Of a stretch of 64,000 nucleotides of DNA, positions 1 to 10,028 are shown piece by piece. The stretch comes from Candidatus Pacearchaeota archaeon (lineage in GTDB: Archaea; Nanobdellota; Nanobdellia; UBA10117; JAFCGA01): NCBI GenBank assembly GCA_017608345.1, contig JAFCGA010000002.1, forward strand, positions 1,396 through 65,395, given 5' to 3'. Within the stretch, counting starts at the first letter, position 1. Each line of letters begins with the position of its first letter. Under the pieces are notes generated by a model. It was given only the letters and a program-made list of their open reading frames with translations, ran no database searches and had not been told where the DNA came from. The position numbers and the translations under genes are program-made.

Positions 1-289
1 TAATTTGTCTAACTATTTTGTAATGAGTCTCATAAGGAGTTGCGACGCTGATAATATCAAGCTCATGATTTTCTAGCAGGTCTTTTATAGTCGTGTAATA
101 ATTATTAACTTTCCAGCATTTAGCACAAGAAATTAGCGCTGTTTTGTTGATGTCACAAATAGCTGTGACTTCTGTTTGAGGGTGTTTTTTATAACCACCT
201 AGATGAGTGAGAGCAAATTCTTTGGCATATTTGTCATAATTACTAGCAATATTACCACAACCAACTACACCGACTTTATAGATCTTCAT
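1..289 (-). CDS. Gfo/Idh/MocA family oxidoreductase (runs off window start)
   Basis: Manual translation from ATG at 289: MKIYKVGVVGCGNIAS...LDIISVATPYETHY; Rossmann GxGxIA and VATP..H motifs. Confidence 0.85.
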   Translation of the reverse strand, partial: MKIYKVGVVGCGNIASNYDKYAKEFALTHLGGYKKHPQTEVTAICDINKTALISCAKCWKVNNYYTTIKDLLENHELDIISVATPYETHYKIVRQI

Positions 290-290
290 T

Positions 291-857
291 TTAGATGTCT
301 TTATATATAGTATCTTTTAGTTTTTGATACTCTTCTTTGAGTATACTCATAAAAATAGCATTATAATATTTGTTATTTCTGTAAATTTCATCCCTCCAAG
401 TCCCTTCTTTAACAAATCCTGCCTTGGAATAAGAAGCTTCAGCGCCTTTGTTTTTTTCATTATACCCCAGTCTAATTTTGTGAAGATTTAAATTTTCAAA
501 AGCGTATTTTACTAATAATTTGAGTACTTCTGTACCAATCCCTTTCTTCCAGAACTCTTTTTCCCCAATTATAATTCTAAATTCTGCAGAACGTTTCTGA
601 AAATCAAATTCATATAAACCTGCTATCCCGATCTCTTTATTTGTTTTCTTGTCGTAGATGATAAAAACTATATCGTTTTTCTTAAGTATCTCATCATATA
701 TTTTTGAGAAGGTTTCTTTATTACTGGGCTTGAGCCCAGTCTCTAAATAATGACAAACTTCCTGGTCGTTGGCCCATTTATAAACTAATGTGAGAAAATC
801 TTCTCTTTCTATCCCTCCTAGATAGCATTTGTTACTTTTTAAAAAGAAACTTTTCAT
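291..857 (-). CDS. GNAT N-acetyltransferase (RimJ/RimL, PseH-like)
   Basis: AEFRIIIGEKEFWKKGIG acetyl-CoA motif, N..A..Y.KAGF.EG. Confidence 0.85.
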   Translation of the reverse strand: MKSFFLKSNKCYLGGIEREDFLTLVYKWANDQEVCHYLETGLKPSNKETFSKIYDEILKKNDIVFIIYDKKTNKEIGIAGLYEFDFQKRSAEFRIIIGEKEFWKKGIGTEVLKLLVKYAFENLNLHKIRLGYNEKNKGAEASYSKAGFVKEGTWRDEIYRNNKYYNAIFMSILKEEYQKLKDTIYKDI

Positions 858-1213
858 TTAACCACTGAAGTATTACAATTTAAATATGTTTATAAATATT
901 TGGGTTTAAGGGTTTGTCCAGAATAATGCGCAGCATGATTCTGACATAAGATCTAATAATCCTACTTATTCTCTCTAAATTATGAATTAGTATGCGCTCC
1001 GCCATTTCCCGTTCAGGTAGTGTATTAGTCTATTTTTATTCTTAGGTTTCATAAGAAGATCAAGATAGGCCTTTTTATCTAAGTACTGCCTAAGTCGTCT
1101 GAAATATTTCAGTTTTGTATAGCCGTTTAGTATGATTTCTTCTGCACCTTACAAAAATATACATATGATCGATAGTTTTAAATAAATTACCGTTAGCAGA
1201 GAGCTAGAGGATA

Positions 1214-2983
1214 ATGGGAAAATTCTATCTCACAAATACACACAAGTTTGATAAATCCGCATCAAGAGTTATAGCTTCATCAGGATTCGAAAAAAATAAA
1301 AAGATTTCAATAAATAAAATAGTCCTTAATGTTTTCAAGAAAAAATTAATTAATCACGAGAATTTTTTTATAGATAGGAATAAGAATTTTGTCGCTGTAA
1401 ATGGGACTTTAATTTATAAAGAAGAGTTAGGTAAAGCCGGATTGAGAAACTTATTAAAAGAGTTCAATGATAAAAATATTTCCGAAATTAGAGAGAATTC
1501 AATTGGTCATTATGTAATAATAATTAAGAAGAATGAGCAAATAAGCGTTTTTTGCGATAAATACGGGCTATATAAAGTATATTATTTCATTGATGAAGAT
1601 AGATTCATAATTTCTAATTCTTATTTTAGTATTGTAGAAGCTATCGAGAACAGAGAATTAGATTTATTTGCCTTGTTTGAAGAAGTTATTAATGAAGGAT
1701 GCATCGGAAGAGAAAATGTATTCAATGGGATGTATCGCTTATTTGGTAATGAAGTATTAGAAATAAACTGCAGCAAAAATACAATAAAAGTAAGTCGGCT
1801 TGAATATGAACGGTATCCAAAATTATTCAGAAAGAACTTTGATAATGCAGTGAGAGATTATGCTCATAAGGTAAAATATGTTCTTAGTGTACTCTCTAAG
1901 AATTTTAAAAATAACGCCATATTACTTACTGCTGGACTAGATACAAGAACTGTACTTGCGGGTTTAAATAGTGTCAATATGCAGTATAAGATGATGTATG
2001 GAATAAGTAAAAATCCAAATCAAATAACAGATAAAGAAGACTTAGAAGCAGTTAAATTGTTTTCTGATAAATATTCAAAAGAGTTATATTTAATGGACTG
2101 GAATGATCCTTGTGGACCCCGCGAGATTCCTGATGAATTATTTTATAAGCTGGATAAGGGGATAGGGCTAATTAGTTTTACTAAAAGCTTCTTAGCAGAA
2201 TTGGAAGGTAAAATTCCGAATTATCCAGATTTATTTTTTGATGGATTGTTTGGAGAAACATTGAAAACTCGTAGATGGTTAGAAGTTCAGCTGTTCAAGA
2301 AAAGAATAAGTTTTAAGAATTTAGTTAAACGATATAGCTTGTCTTATGATTTATTAAGACTGTTTAAGGACAAGACGGTCAAGAAAGAGTATATAGACTT
2401 CCGAGTAAGGAAGTTAAATACCCTCGCAAGAGAATTCAAGATAAATCTTAAGAATAATAAATTCGATTCAGATACATTTAATGAAGTTCGCCAAATTATC
2501 GCGAGAGTAACAGATAATCATGCGCTAAATATCCAGAATGATTTCGCATTTTCATTGAGTGTAATCGGAGATTTAAGTTTATATGAGCAGAGTTTTAATC
2601 TTCCATTTAAATTTAGAAAGGACTGTAAATTTCAAGCAAAATTAATTAAGACGCTGGATAGATCTACTCTTGACGTTCCGATCTTTACGCATCAAAGCCC
2701 TCGAAGAATAGATAAAAAATATAATTTAGTTAAAAGAAGAATAACTCTCTGGGAATTCTTTGGATTAAATTTTCTTATGCCTAGTCGAAGATTATTAACT
2801 ATTTTTAAGAAATTATCTGGGAGAAAAAGGATGGAGGAGAAGTATTACGCGCAATATATTAATATACTAAAAAAAGATCCCATCTTTTCTCGCTATTTTA
2901 ATTTAAATAAAATAGAAAATCTTCAACTATTGGATCGAATGTATACTTATAGTGTTATGCTAAGAAAATATTATTACTCTTAG
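1214..2983 (+). CDS. asparagine synthase-related amidoligase
   Basis: Ntn-like N-domain (NGTLIY, D.YG...VYY), PP-loop LTAGLDTR, G.FGE; no N-terminal Cys. Confidence 0.7.
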   Translation: MGKFYLTNTHKFDKSASRVIASSGFEKNKKISINKIVLNVFKKKLINHENFFIDRNKNFVAVNGTLIYKEELGKAGLRNLLKEFNDKNISEIRENSIGHYVIIIKKNEQISVFCDKYGLYKVYYFIDEDRFIISNSYFSIVEAIENRELDLFALFEEVINEGCIGRENVFNGMYRLFGNEVLEINCSKNTIKVSRLEYERYPKLFRKNFDNAVRDYAHKVKYVLSVLSKNFKNNAILLTAGLDTRTVLAGLNSVNMQYKMMYGISKNPNQITDKEDLEAVKLFSDKYSKELYLMDWNDPCGPREIPDELFYKLDKGIGLISFTKSFLAELEGKIPNYPDLFFDGLFGETLKTRRWLEVQLFKKRISFKNLVKRYSLSYDLLRLFKDKTVKKEYIDFRVRKLNTLAREFKINLKNNKFDSDTFNEVRQIIARVTDNHALNIQNDFAFSLSVIGDLSLYEQSFNLPFKFRKDCKFQAKLIKTLDRSTLDVPIFTHQSPRRIDKKYNLVKRRITLWEFFGLNFLMPSRRLLTIFKKLSGRKRMEEKYYAQYINILKKDPIFSRYFNLNKIENLQLLDRMYTYSVMLRKYYYS

Positions 2984-2993
2984 AATGGTAAAT

Positions 2994-3128
2994 ATGAAAA
3001 TAATTTATGCTTGTAATTTCGATTTAGGAACGCCCGGAAATATTGTATTTAGAATTTTTCATGTTGCTAGAGAAGCTTATCGAAGAGATATTACTAAGGG
3101 AGAAGCAATACATTGGGAAAAGATATAG
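2994..3128 (+). pseudogene. truncated N-terminus of a GT4 paralogue of 5060..6214
   Basis: MKIIYACNFDLGTPGNIVFRIFHVAREAYRR aligns by eye to MKVVLIANSDLGKHGNIGFRTFTVAKEAYKR; stop after 44 codons. Confidence 0.75.
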
Positions 3129-3997
3129 CTATAATCGGTGTAGGACGGTTTGGAACCAAACTCCTAGAACGGTTTAATCTGTTCGGAAATGTTACTTTTC
3201 TATGTGGAAGAAGACTAGCTCCCGAATTGATGGTTTTGGGCCAGAAATATGGCATACAAATAAGCACTAATTATCAAGAAATACTCGATCAAATAGATCT
3301 TGCAGTAATTGCTACTCCTGCAAATACGCATTATTCTATTGTGAAAGATTGCTTGCTAAACAATAAACATATATTTGTTGAGAAGCCATTATATACTAAT
3401 TTAGCTGAAGCGAAAGAATGCTTGGATTTAGCTAAAAAGAAAAATCTTACTCTCTATGTGGATGATGTTTTCTTGTATAGGAATGAGTACCAGGAATTAA
3501 AGGCCAGACTCTCTGGCGAGATTGATACTATTCGATTTATCTGGAGAAAATATGGCTCCTTCAAGGAGTCTATTCTTAATAATTTACTGTACCACGATCT
3601 GTATCTGTTAACAGATTTGTTAGGCAAAAATAAAATACATGATTTTGAAGTTATTAACTGTTCAAGTCCACTCGAGGAAGAGCGAATCGATATTTTAGAG
3701 TTTAAGTTTCGATATGGTAAAACTGCAGTCAAGTGTGAATATAATCGCGCTTACTCTGGTGAGAGCGAGAAAGAGATTAAATTAATCCTTGATTCGAGAG
3801 AGACCATTACGTGGAATAATAACGATATCTTTGTGGGAGATACAAAGATAGACTTAGAAGTGAGCGACGCATTAGATACTATGCTTTCACGTTTCTTAAA
3901 TGACGAAGTAAATTATGCTAGAAATCATCTCCTTGCATTAAATAGTATAGCGCTTCTAGAAGACATAAGTATTAAAATCGGTAGTAAAAGGATTTGA
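3113..3997 (+). CDS. Gfo/Idh/MocA family oxidoreductase
   Basis: IAIIGVGRFG, IATPANTHY, HIFVEKP. Confidence 0.85.
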   Translation: MGKDIAIIGVGRFGTKLLERFNLFGNVTFLCGRRLAPELMVLGQKYGIQISTNYQEILDQIDLAVIATPANTHYSIVKDCLLNNKHIFVEKPLYTNLAEAKECLDLAKKKNLTLYVDDVFLYRNEYQELKARLSGEIDTIRFIWRKYGSFKESILNNLLYHDLYLLTDLLGKNKIHDFEVINCSSPLEEERIDILEFKFRYGKTAVKCEYNRAYSGESEKEIKLILDSRETITWNNNDIFVGDTKIDLEVSDALDTMLSRFLNDEVNYARNHLLALNSIALLEDISIKIGSKRI

Positions 3998-4001
3998 AAC
4001 A

Positions 4002-5063
4002 ATGAAAATTGCAGTTGTTGGGGCAGGAATTTTTGGAACAACCATCGCATGGATGTTAGGAAAGAATGGATTCTCAGTTGATCTATATGAAAAGAGGGAA
4101 GGTATTCTATTGGCGGCTTCAGGAATAAATCAGTATAGACTTCATAGAGGGTATCATTATCCCCGAAGTAAGGAAACAATGTTAACTTGCTTACATGGTG
4201 AGAGAGAATTCGCTCAAATATACACTGAAGCCATCCTTGATGAGGAGATTGAGCATTTTTATTGTGTGGCGAGTAAAGGTAGCTTCTTGACTCCAGAACA
4301 ATGTATGCGAATATGGAACGAAGTCGGTTTGAGGTACACCCTGTCTCCGCTAGATATAATAAATCCTAGTAGAATCTCTGCTTCTTTCAAGGTATCGGAG
4401 TATTTGTTTGATCCTGAAGCATTAAAGAAGCTTTGTCGATTTAAACTTGAAAAATATAATATTAATGTATTATTAAACACTGAGTTTCGAGAGAGTAATT
4501 TCTCAGAATATGATTTAGTGGTTATATCTACCTATTCTATCAATAATTCGTTACTTAGTAAATTTCCAAATGTACAGCGAGACTTCCAATTTGAAATCTG
4601 TGAGAAGTTAACGCTTAAACTTCCAGAGAAATATAATAAAAAAAGTGTTGTTGTTATTGACGGTCCGTTTATGTGTATAGATCCTTTTGGGAGAACAGGA
4701 AATTTCGCGATGGGTAATGTAGTACATGCGATACATACTCAAAATATCGGGAAACTACCGGAAATACCAGAGCGGTTTAAAGGCTTGCTAAATAGCGGCG
4801 TAGTTAGAAATCCTCCCATTACTAATTATGAGAAATTCATTAATTCAGCTAAGGAGTTCTTTCCAGGAATCGAGGATGCGGAGCATATCGGATCAATGTT
4901 TACTATCCGAACAGTTTTGCCTTACCATGAGCATGATGATGCACGCCCTACAATCGTAGAACAAGTAAGTGATAAAATAGTAACTGTTTTCTCTGGTAAA
5001 ATTCCCACCTGCATAGATGCAGCTAATCAAGTTTTACGTATAGCTAAAGAGGTGCATAATTGA
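4002..5063 (+). CDS. FAD-dependent oxidoreductase (DAO-like)
   Basis: KIAVVGAGIFG, ASGINQYRLHRGYHYP, C-terminal SGKI. Confidence 0.8.
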   Translation: MKIAVVGAGIFGTTIAWMLGKNGFSVDLYEKREGILLAASGINQYRLHRGYHYPRSKETMLTCLHGEREFAQIYTEAILDEEIEHFYCVASKGSFLTPEQCMRIWNEVGLRYTLSPLDIINPSRISASFKVSEYLFDPEALKKLCRFKLEKYNINVLLNTEFRESNFSEYDLVVISTYSINNSLLSKFPNVQRDFQFEICEKLTLKLPEKYNKKSVVVIDGPFMCIDPFGRTGNFAMGNVVHAIHTQNIGKLPEIPERFKGLLNSGVVRNPPITNYEKFINSAKEFFPGIEDAEHIGSMFTIRTVLPYHEHDDARPTIVEQVSDKIVTVFSGKIPTCIDAANQVLRIAKEVHN

Positions 5064-6214
5064 TGAAAGTAGTACTTATTGCTAATTCTGATCTAGGAAA
5101 ACACGGAAATATCGGCTTTAGAACGTTCACGGTTGCTAAGGAAGCTTACAAACGAGGTTACTTGGATAGGATTATTGTTCGCGGGAACAAGCAGAATATA
5201 ATTCCAAAGAAGTATATTAGATATTTATTTCCGGGGCATAGAGTTATTAATTTAATGATAAATTTTTTAAGTATATATACGCTCCCTAAGGTTGAGGGGT
5301 TCTTCAACGCTCTTAATATAAACTTATTTGATGCGTTTTGTAAGAGAAGGATTAAGAACTGTAGTATTTTACATATTTATGCTGATTGTAAGAAAACAAT
5401 TAGACGGTCTCATAAGTTGGGTAATATAACAATTTATGATTCTCAAATGGCTCATTATGCAGAAGCCCCATCGAATAAAGCTAGGAAGGAGCTAGTTGCT
5501 AAAGAAGTTTATGATATAATTAAATACGCAGATTATATTGTATGTTCTTCTGACTTTGTGACTGAAACTTATCTTAAGCACAAGGTACCTAGAGAGAAAT
5601 TAATAAGCTTACCCTTTGGAGTAGATCTAGATAAATTTACTAATCTCAAGAAAAAAAACGAGAAGGTTTTTAGGTGTTTATATGTTGGTGTTCTCTCTAA
5701 AAGAAAAGGGATTGAATATTTATTAAATGCATGGGAGCAATTGAATTTAAATAATTCAGAATTGGTATTTTGTGGTAGGTGGGAATCAAATATCCGAAAT
5801 TTGCTTAATAAATATCGAAATAGTAAAACAATAAAATTTAAGGGATTTGTTAATCCGGTTGAAGAATACCAAAAAGCAGATATATTTGTTTTCCCTTCCT
5901 TATTTGAGAGTTCCGCAAAAGCACAGTATGAAGCTATGGCTTCGGGTTTACCGATAATAACTACTACTAATGCGGGCGCACCATTTAAAAATAAATCCGC
6001 AGGATTTATTGTCCCAATAAGAAACTCAAATGCAATAGCCGAGAAAATACGAATTCTGTATGAAGATAAGCGTCTGCGTGATAGAATGGGTCAGAAGGGG
6101 CGAGAAATAGCTGAAACTTTATCCTGGGAGAACTATGGGAAGAGAATGAATGATATTTATGAAAAGATAAAGATTTCAGGATCGAAAGCCTTTAAAAGAA
6201 GTGGTAGTAACTGA
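5060..6214 (+). CDS. glycosyltransferase family 4
   Basis: GVDLDKF, YVG...RKG, FVFPSLFE...EAMASGLPII. Confidence 0.9.
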   Translation: MMKVVLIANSDLGKHGNIGFRTFTVAKEAYKRGYLDRIIVRGNKQNIIPKKYIRYLFPGHRVINLMINFLSIYTLPKVEGFFNALNINLFDAFCKRRIKNCSILHIYADCKKTIRRSHKLGNITIYDSQMAHYAEAPSNKARKELVAKEVYDIIKYADYIVCSSDFVTETYLKHKVPREKLISLPFGVDLDKFTNLKKKNEKVFRCLYVGVLSKRKGIEYLLNAWEQLNLNNSELVFCGRWESNIRNLLNKYRNSKTIKFKGFVNPVEEYQKADIFVFPSLFESSAKAQYEAMASGLPIITTTNAGAPFKNKSAGFIVPIRNSNAIAEKIRILYEDKRLRDRMGQKGREIAETLSWENYGKRMNDIYEKIKISGSKAFKRSGSN

Positions 6215-6235
6215 TCTGAATAAATTTAATATAAA

Positions 6236-7147
6236 ATGTCTAATTCTTTGAAAAATAAAAGTTCTGAAAGTAAGATTGTGCGTGGTAATATCGCTCGTAG
6301 CCCAATAGTGGAATTTTTAAGATTATTACCCAATAAACTCTTAACAAAGTTTGGATATAAAGTAAGCACACTTATTAATCGAATATCTGTAGAAGATTAC
6401 ATTAGCTTATACGGTAAAAAAGCTGTTGATGAAAGAAGATTTTATAATATCGGTTCTGGAACATTTAGGCATATTGCCTGGACAAACATTGATCATAAGA
6501 CCGATTGGTATAAAGATAATGTTGTAGATATTGATGTTGATTTATTGGCAAATAAGCCCATTCCACTCGAAAATTCTTCGGCTTATGCGATTTATACCGC
6601 CCATACGATTGAGCACATAACCGATAAGAGTGCAGAAAATATGTTTAGTGAGGTTTATCGGATACTGAAAAAGAAGGGTTATTTTAGAGTTGTAGTTCCA
6701 GATATAGACCTAACTTATCGAGCATATAAAGAAAGTGACAAATATTATTTCTACTGGAGAAATGAGCCGGGGTGGAAAGGTGTATCTATTCCTCAGTTAT
6801 TTTTAGCTTTCTTCGCTAGTCAAACATCTATGAGTCCAATGAATAAGAATATTAATACCAAGAAAATTACTGATGCTGAACTAGCGCGAATATTCAAAGA
6901 AAAAGCTTATGAAGATGCTCTGAATTATTGTTGTTCTTTTTGTAAGGTAGCTATCCAAAAAATAAGAGCAGGTGATCATATGAATTGGTGGAATGAAAAG
7001 AAGCTTATCTCTAAGCTAAAGAGAGCTGGGTTTAAAAGCGTATACAAGTCCGGATATGGCCAAAGTTTTTGTCCAATACTCACAGATACAAACTATTTTG
7101 ATAACACTAAGCCAAGAATTAGTTTGCATATTGAGGCGAGAAAATGA
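6236..7147 (+). CDS. class I SAM-dependent methyltransferase
   Basis: NIGSG, HTIEH, RILKKKGYFRVVVPD. Confidence 0.75.
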   Translation: MSNSLKNKSSESKIVRGNIARSPIVEFLRLLPNKLLTKFGYKVSTLINRISVEDYISLYGKKAVDERRFYNIGSGTFRHIAWTNIDHKTDWYKDNVVDIDVDLLANKPIPLENSSAYAIYTAHTIEHITDKSAENMFSEVYRILKKKGYFRVVVPDIDLTYRAYKESDKYYFYWRNEPGWKGVSIPQLFLAFFASQTSMSPMNKNINTKKITDAELARIFKEKAYEDALNYCCSFCKVAIQKIRAGDHMNWWNEKKLISKLKRAGFKSVYKSGYGQSFCPILTDTNYFDNTKPRISLHIEARK

Positions 7148-7179
7148 TGAACTTAGATTAGAAACCGAGGAAGAAGTTA

Positions 7180-8466
7180 GTGCAAGTCTGCGATTTAGGC
7201 GGTGAGCCAACAGGCGGAAACCTAACTGAGTTGAGATATACTATGCAAAAACCCTACGGGAAGGATATTATCTTGGAGAAATGCCAGTCTGCGAGTGCGA
7301 GAAGTACTTTAGCTGTACGTATAGGGGAAAAAATGAAAGAATCAGCGAGATGGAGTAAAATAATACCTATCAAAGCAAAAAGCCAACAGAAAGAGGTATG
7401 GCAGTACAACAGTTCGGAAGGGACAGAGAATTATAACGTTGATGTTAGGCTTGGAAAGCCGTTAGATTTTCTAGCGTTTAAATCTAAACGGATGGGAGCG
7501 TTCAAAGCAGACCTATTAGCTATAAGTAAATCTAGGAAAGATGTATTTAAAAACAAGAAGAACTTAGAGCACGTAAAGTTCTGTCCAGTTTGCGGATACG
7601 ATACTGAGTCTTCTATCGAAGCAGTTAATATATATAATGCTATATATAGACAATGCTCTAATTGCGCACATTATTTTGTAGTTAATAGACCATCACCATC
7701 TTTCTTGGAATCATTCTATTCCGAAGATGAACAATATCAAGGTCCATATACAGATAAGAATGAAATAAACATTAGGGTTTTGAACATAGTCGCTCCTAAG
7801 CTAGATTGGGTAATTAAGCAATTCAAAAGAGTTTATGGAAGAGAACCAAAGTCAATCTTAGACGTAGGTACAGGAAGCGGTCATTTTGTTCATCTATGCC
7901 GGGAAAGAGGATTAAAAGCTGATGGCGTGGAATTAAGCAAGACAGGTATAGAATTCTGCAAGAATAACTTTAACATAGAACTGTTCAACGTGGATTTCAT
8001 ATCGGAATGGTCTAAGTTCCGTGATTATGATATTATATGCTTCTGGGGAGTTCTTGAACACGTACCATATCCCTGTGAGTTATTGAGCGCAGCTTCGATG
8101 GCTCTATCTGGGAAGGAAGGGCTAGTCATTGCTGAAGTGCCAAGATGGGATTCCATTAGCACAGCCGTTCAAGAAGTGTTTTCAGATTCCATCACTAGAC
8201 ACCTTGATCCATTAGGACACATAAGCTGTTTTACAGATACATCCTTAGCTACACTCTTTAGAGATAGCGGATTTGATATTACTGCAGCATGGTATTTTGG
8301 GATGGATGCCTATGAATGGAGTATTCAACTATCAAATCTATTTGGTAAAAATAAAGTAAACAAGAAGATGAAAGAGCTAATGCCTATATTTCAGCAGACT
8401 CTAGACAAAGCCAAGTTATCTGATGAAGTAGTTATAGTCGGAAAGCCTTCGGAGAAAGCAGAATGA
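7180..8466 (+). CDS. class I SAM methyltransferase with Zn-ribbon (start probably ATG 7243 or 7273)
   Basis: CPVC/CSNC, LDVGTGSG, VLEHVP. Confidence 0.8.
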   Translation: MQVCDLGGEPTGGNLTELRYTMQKPYGKDIILEKCQSASARSTLAVRIGEKMKESARWSKIIPIKAKSQQKEVWQYNSSEGTENYNVDVRLGKPLDFLAFKSKRMGAFKADLLAISKSRKDVFKNKKNLEHVKFCPVCGYDTESSIEAVNIYNAIYRQCSNCAHYFVVNRPSPSFLESFYSEDEQYQGPYTDKNEINIRVLNIVAPKLDWVIKQFKRVYGREPKSILDVGTGSGHFVHLCRERGLKADGVELSKTGIEFCKNNFNIELFNVDFISEWSKFRDYDIICFWGVLEHVPYPCELLSAASMALSGKEGLVIAEVPRWDSISTAVQEVFSDSITRHLDPLGHISCFTDTSLATLFRDSGFDITAAWYFGMDAYEWSIQLSNLFGKNKVNKKMKELMPIFQQTLDKAKLSDEVVIVGKPSEKAE

Positions 8467-8512
8467 AACCAGAGCCACTAAATGATAAAGAACTATCTGT
8501 TATTAAAACATC

Positions 8513-10024
8513 TTAAATTTTGATTTCATCGCGCCGTATTAATCGGATCAGCTCGTTATAATCAATAACTTTCCATAGTATCCCAATTAATAAATATATT
8601 GCTCCTACGATCAAGCTAATTATTATCATTTTAACATAAACTTGCAGATAAATAATTTTCAGTAAGAAGTATACTCCAAAAAAGAGGAACACGTTTAGAA
8701 TTATAATTTTCCACCAGTTTTTATAAGCGATAGCATAGTTTCGATGTATAATAAGCAAACTTAATATAAACATGATCAGGAAACAGAAACTTGTAGCTAA
8801 GGCTGCTCCGATTATTCCTAAATCGAATAACTTAATTCCGAATAACTGTTTTGGGATAAGTATTGTATTAAGTATTATATTTAAGATTACACCAATGTAA
8901 ACTATAAGTGCTACTTTCTTAACTTTACCCAGACCTTGAAGCGTAGCGAAGTTAATTAATGTAAAGCTCTTAAAAAAGAAACCAATGATTAGTATCTTTA
9001 ACGCCATTGATGCTAAAATAAATTCTTTCCCGAAGGCTAAGGATAAGATATCTTGCGCAAAAAAAAGAAAGATTATCGTCAGCGGGAGGACTAAAAAGAG
9101 ACCTAAGTTATAAATTGCTTTTAGTATTGTGGATATCATTTTTTTATCCCCCAAATGTTTCAATTTAGAAATTGTTGGAAATAGATATGATCTTAAGGGG
9201 GTCATGAATAGCAAAGTAAGTGAAGCTGCAGGTAAAGCAGCTTCGTATAAACCAACCATTTTAACTCCTTTGAAAATAGTTAGCATAAATACATCTATCC
9301 TACTTAAGATAAAAAAAGCAGTCGCACTAAGAAAAACCATAGAAGCATATTTACTTATTGGCTTGAAGTAACTCTCTTTTGTTTTAGCGCTTCTAAAGAC
9401 TAATGGGTAATTGATTATCGCTAGTGCAGAATAAATAGCAGATATGATCAAATAACTTACAACCCAGATTATTGAAAATGCTATTAATAAATTCTCCTTA
9501 AAAAAAACGAGAGCGATCGAAGAAGCAATCAGAACAAGTACCAATCGGATAGGGTTCATTGAGGCATAGAATCTTTCATTATTAACGCCTATAAAAAAAT
9601 ATACTATAATCTTGTAGGATATATTAAATAAGAACAGTAGCGTAAAGAGTGGAATAATCAGTATCGCTGCAGATGTATGAAAATATTGACTTGCTAGGAA
9701 GTTCTTAAGTAAGAGAATTATAGATATAATAATTACTGATAACAGGAGATGTATTAGAAATACTTGAATAACAGACCGCTTTATTAGAGAATATTTTTCG
9801 CTGTGAAAGAGCTTAGGTATGTAATGCGCAAGACTACTTCCTAATCCAAGATCTATAAATATGCTAATAAGCGCTACGAAATTAATCATAGCATAAAACA
9901 GACCATAATCTTCAACCCCCAATGTCCTCGAAAAGAGAATTCTTAATAGGAACGTAAATGGCATAACTAGCAATTCAAAAGCCGCAACAGTAAGTAAACC
10001 TTTAAATAATCGTTTCTTGTCCAT
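8513..10024 (-). CDS. oligosaccharide flippase (Wzx/MOP family)
   Basis: About 14 hydrophobic segments, R.LG.EDYG, DLGL, RID..ML, VGLY, GIIGAALAT. Confidence 0.9.
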   Translation of the reverse strand: MDKKRLFKGLLTVAAFELLVMPFTFLLRILFSRTLGVEDYGLFYAMINFVALISIFIDLGLGSSLAHYIPKLFHSEKYSLIKRSVIQVFLIHLLLSVIIISIILLLKNFLASQYFHTSAAILIIPLFTLLFLFNISYKIIVYFFIGVNNERFYASMNPIRLVLVLIASSIALVFFKENLLIAFSIIWVVSYLIISAIYSALAIINYPLVFRSAKTKESYFKPISKYASMVFLSATAFFILSRIDVFMLTIFKGVKMVGLYEAALPAASLTLLFMTPLRSYLFPTISKLKHLGDKKMISTILKAIYNLGLFLVLPLTIIFLFFAQDILSLAFGKEFILASMALKILIIGFFFKSFTLINFATLQGLGKVKKVALIVYIGVILNIILNTILIPKQLFGIKLFDLGIIGAALATSFCFLIMFILSLLIIHRNYAIAYKNWWKIIILNVFLFFGVYFLLKIIYLQVYVKMIIISLIVGAIYLLIGILWKVIDYNELIRLIRRDEIKI

Positions 10025-10028
10025 TTTA

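Noticed and set aside
900-1200. Possible gene relic on the minus strand (GAEEIILNGYTKLKYFRR...)
   Set aside because: About 54 open codons with no start and no recognisable family
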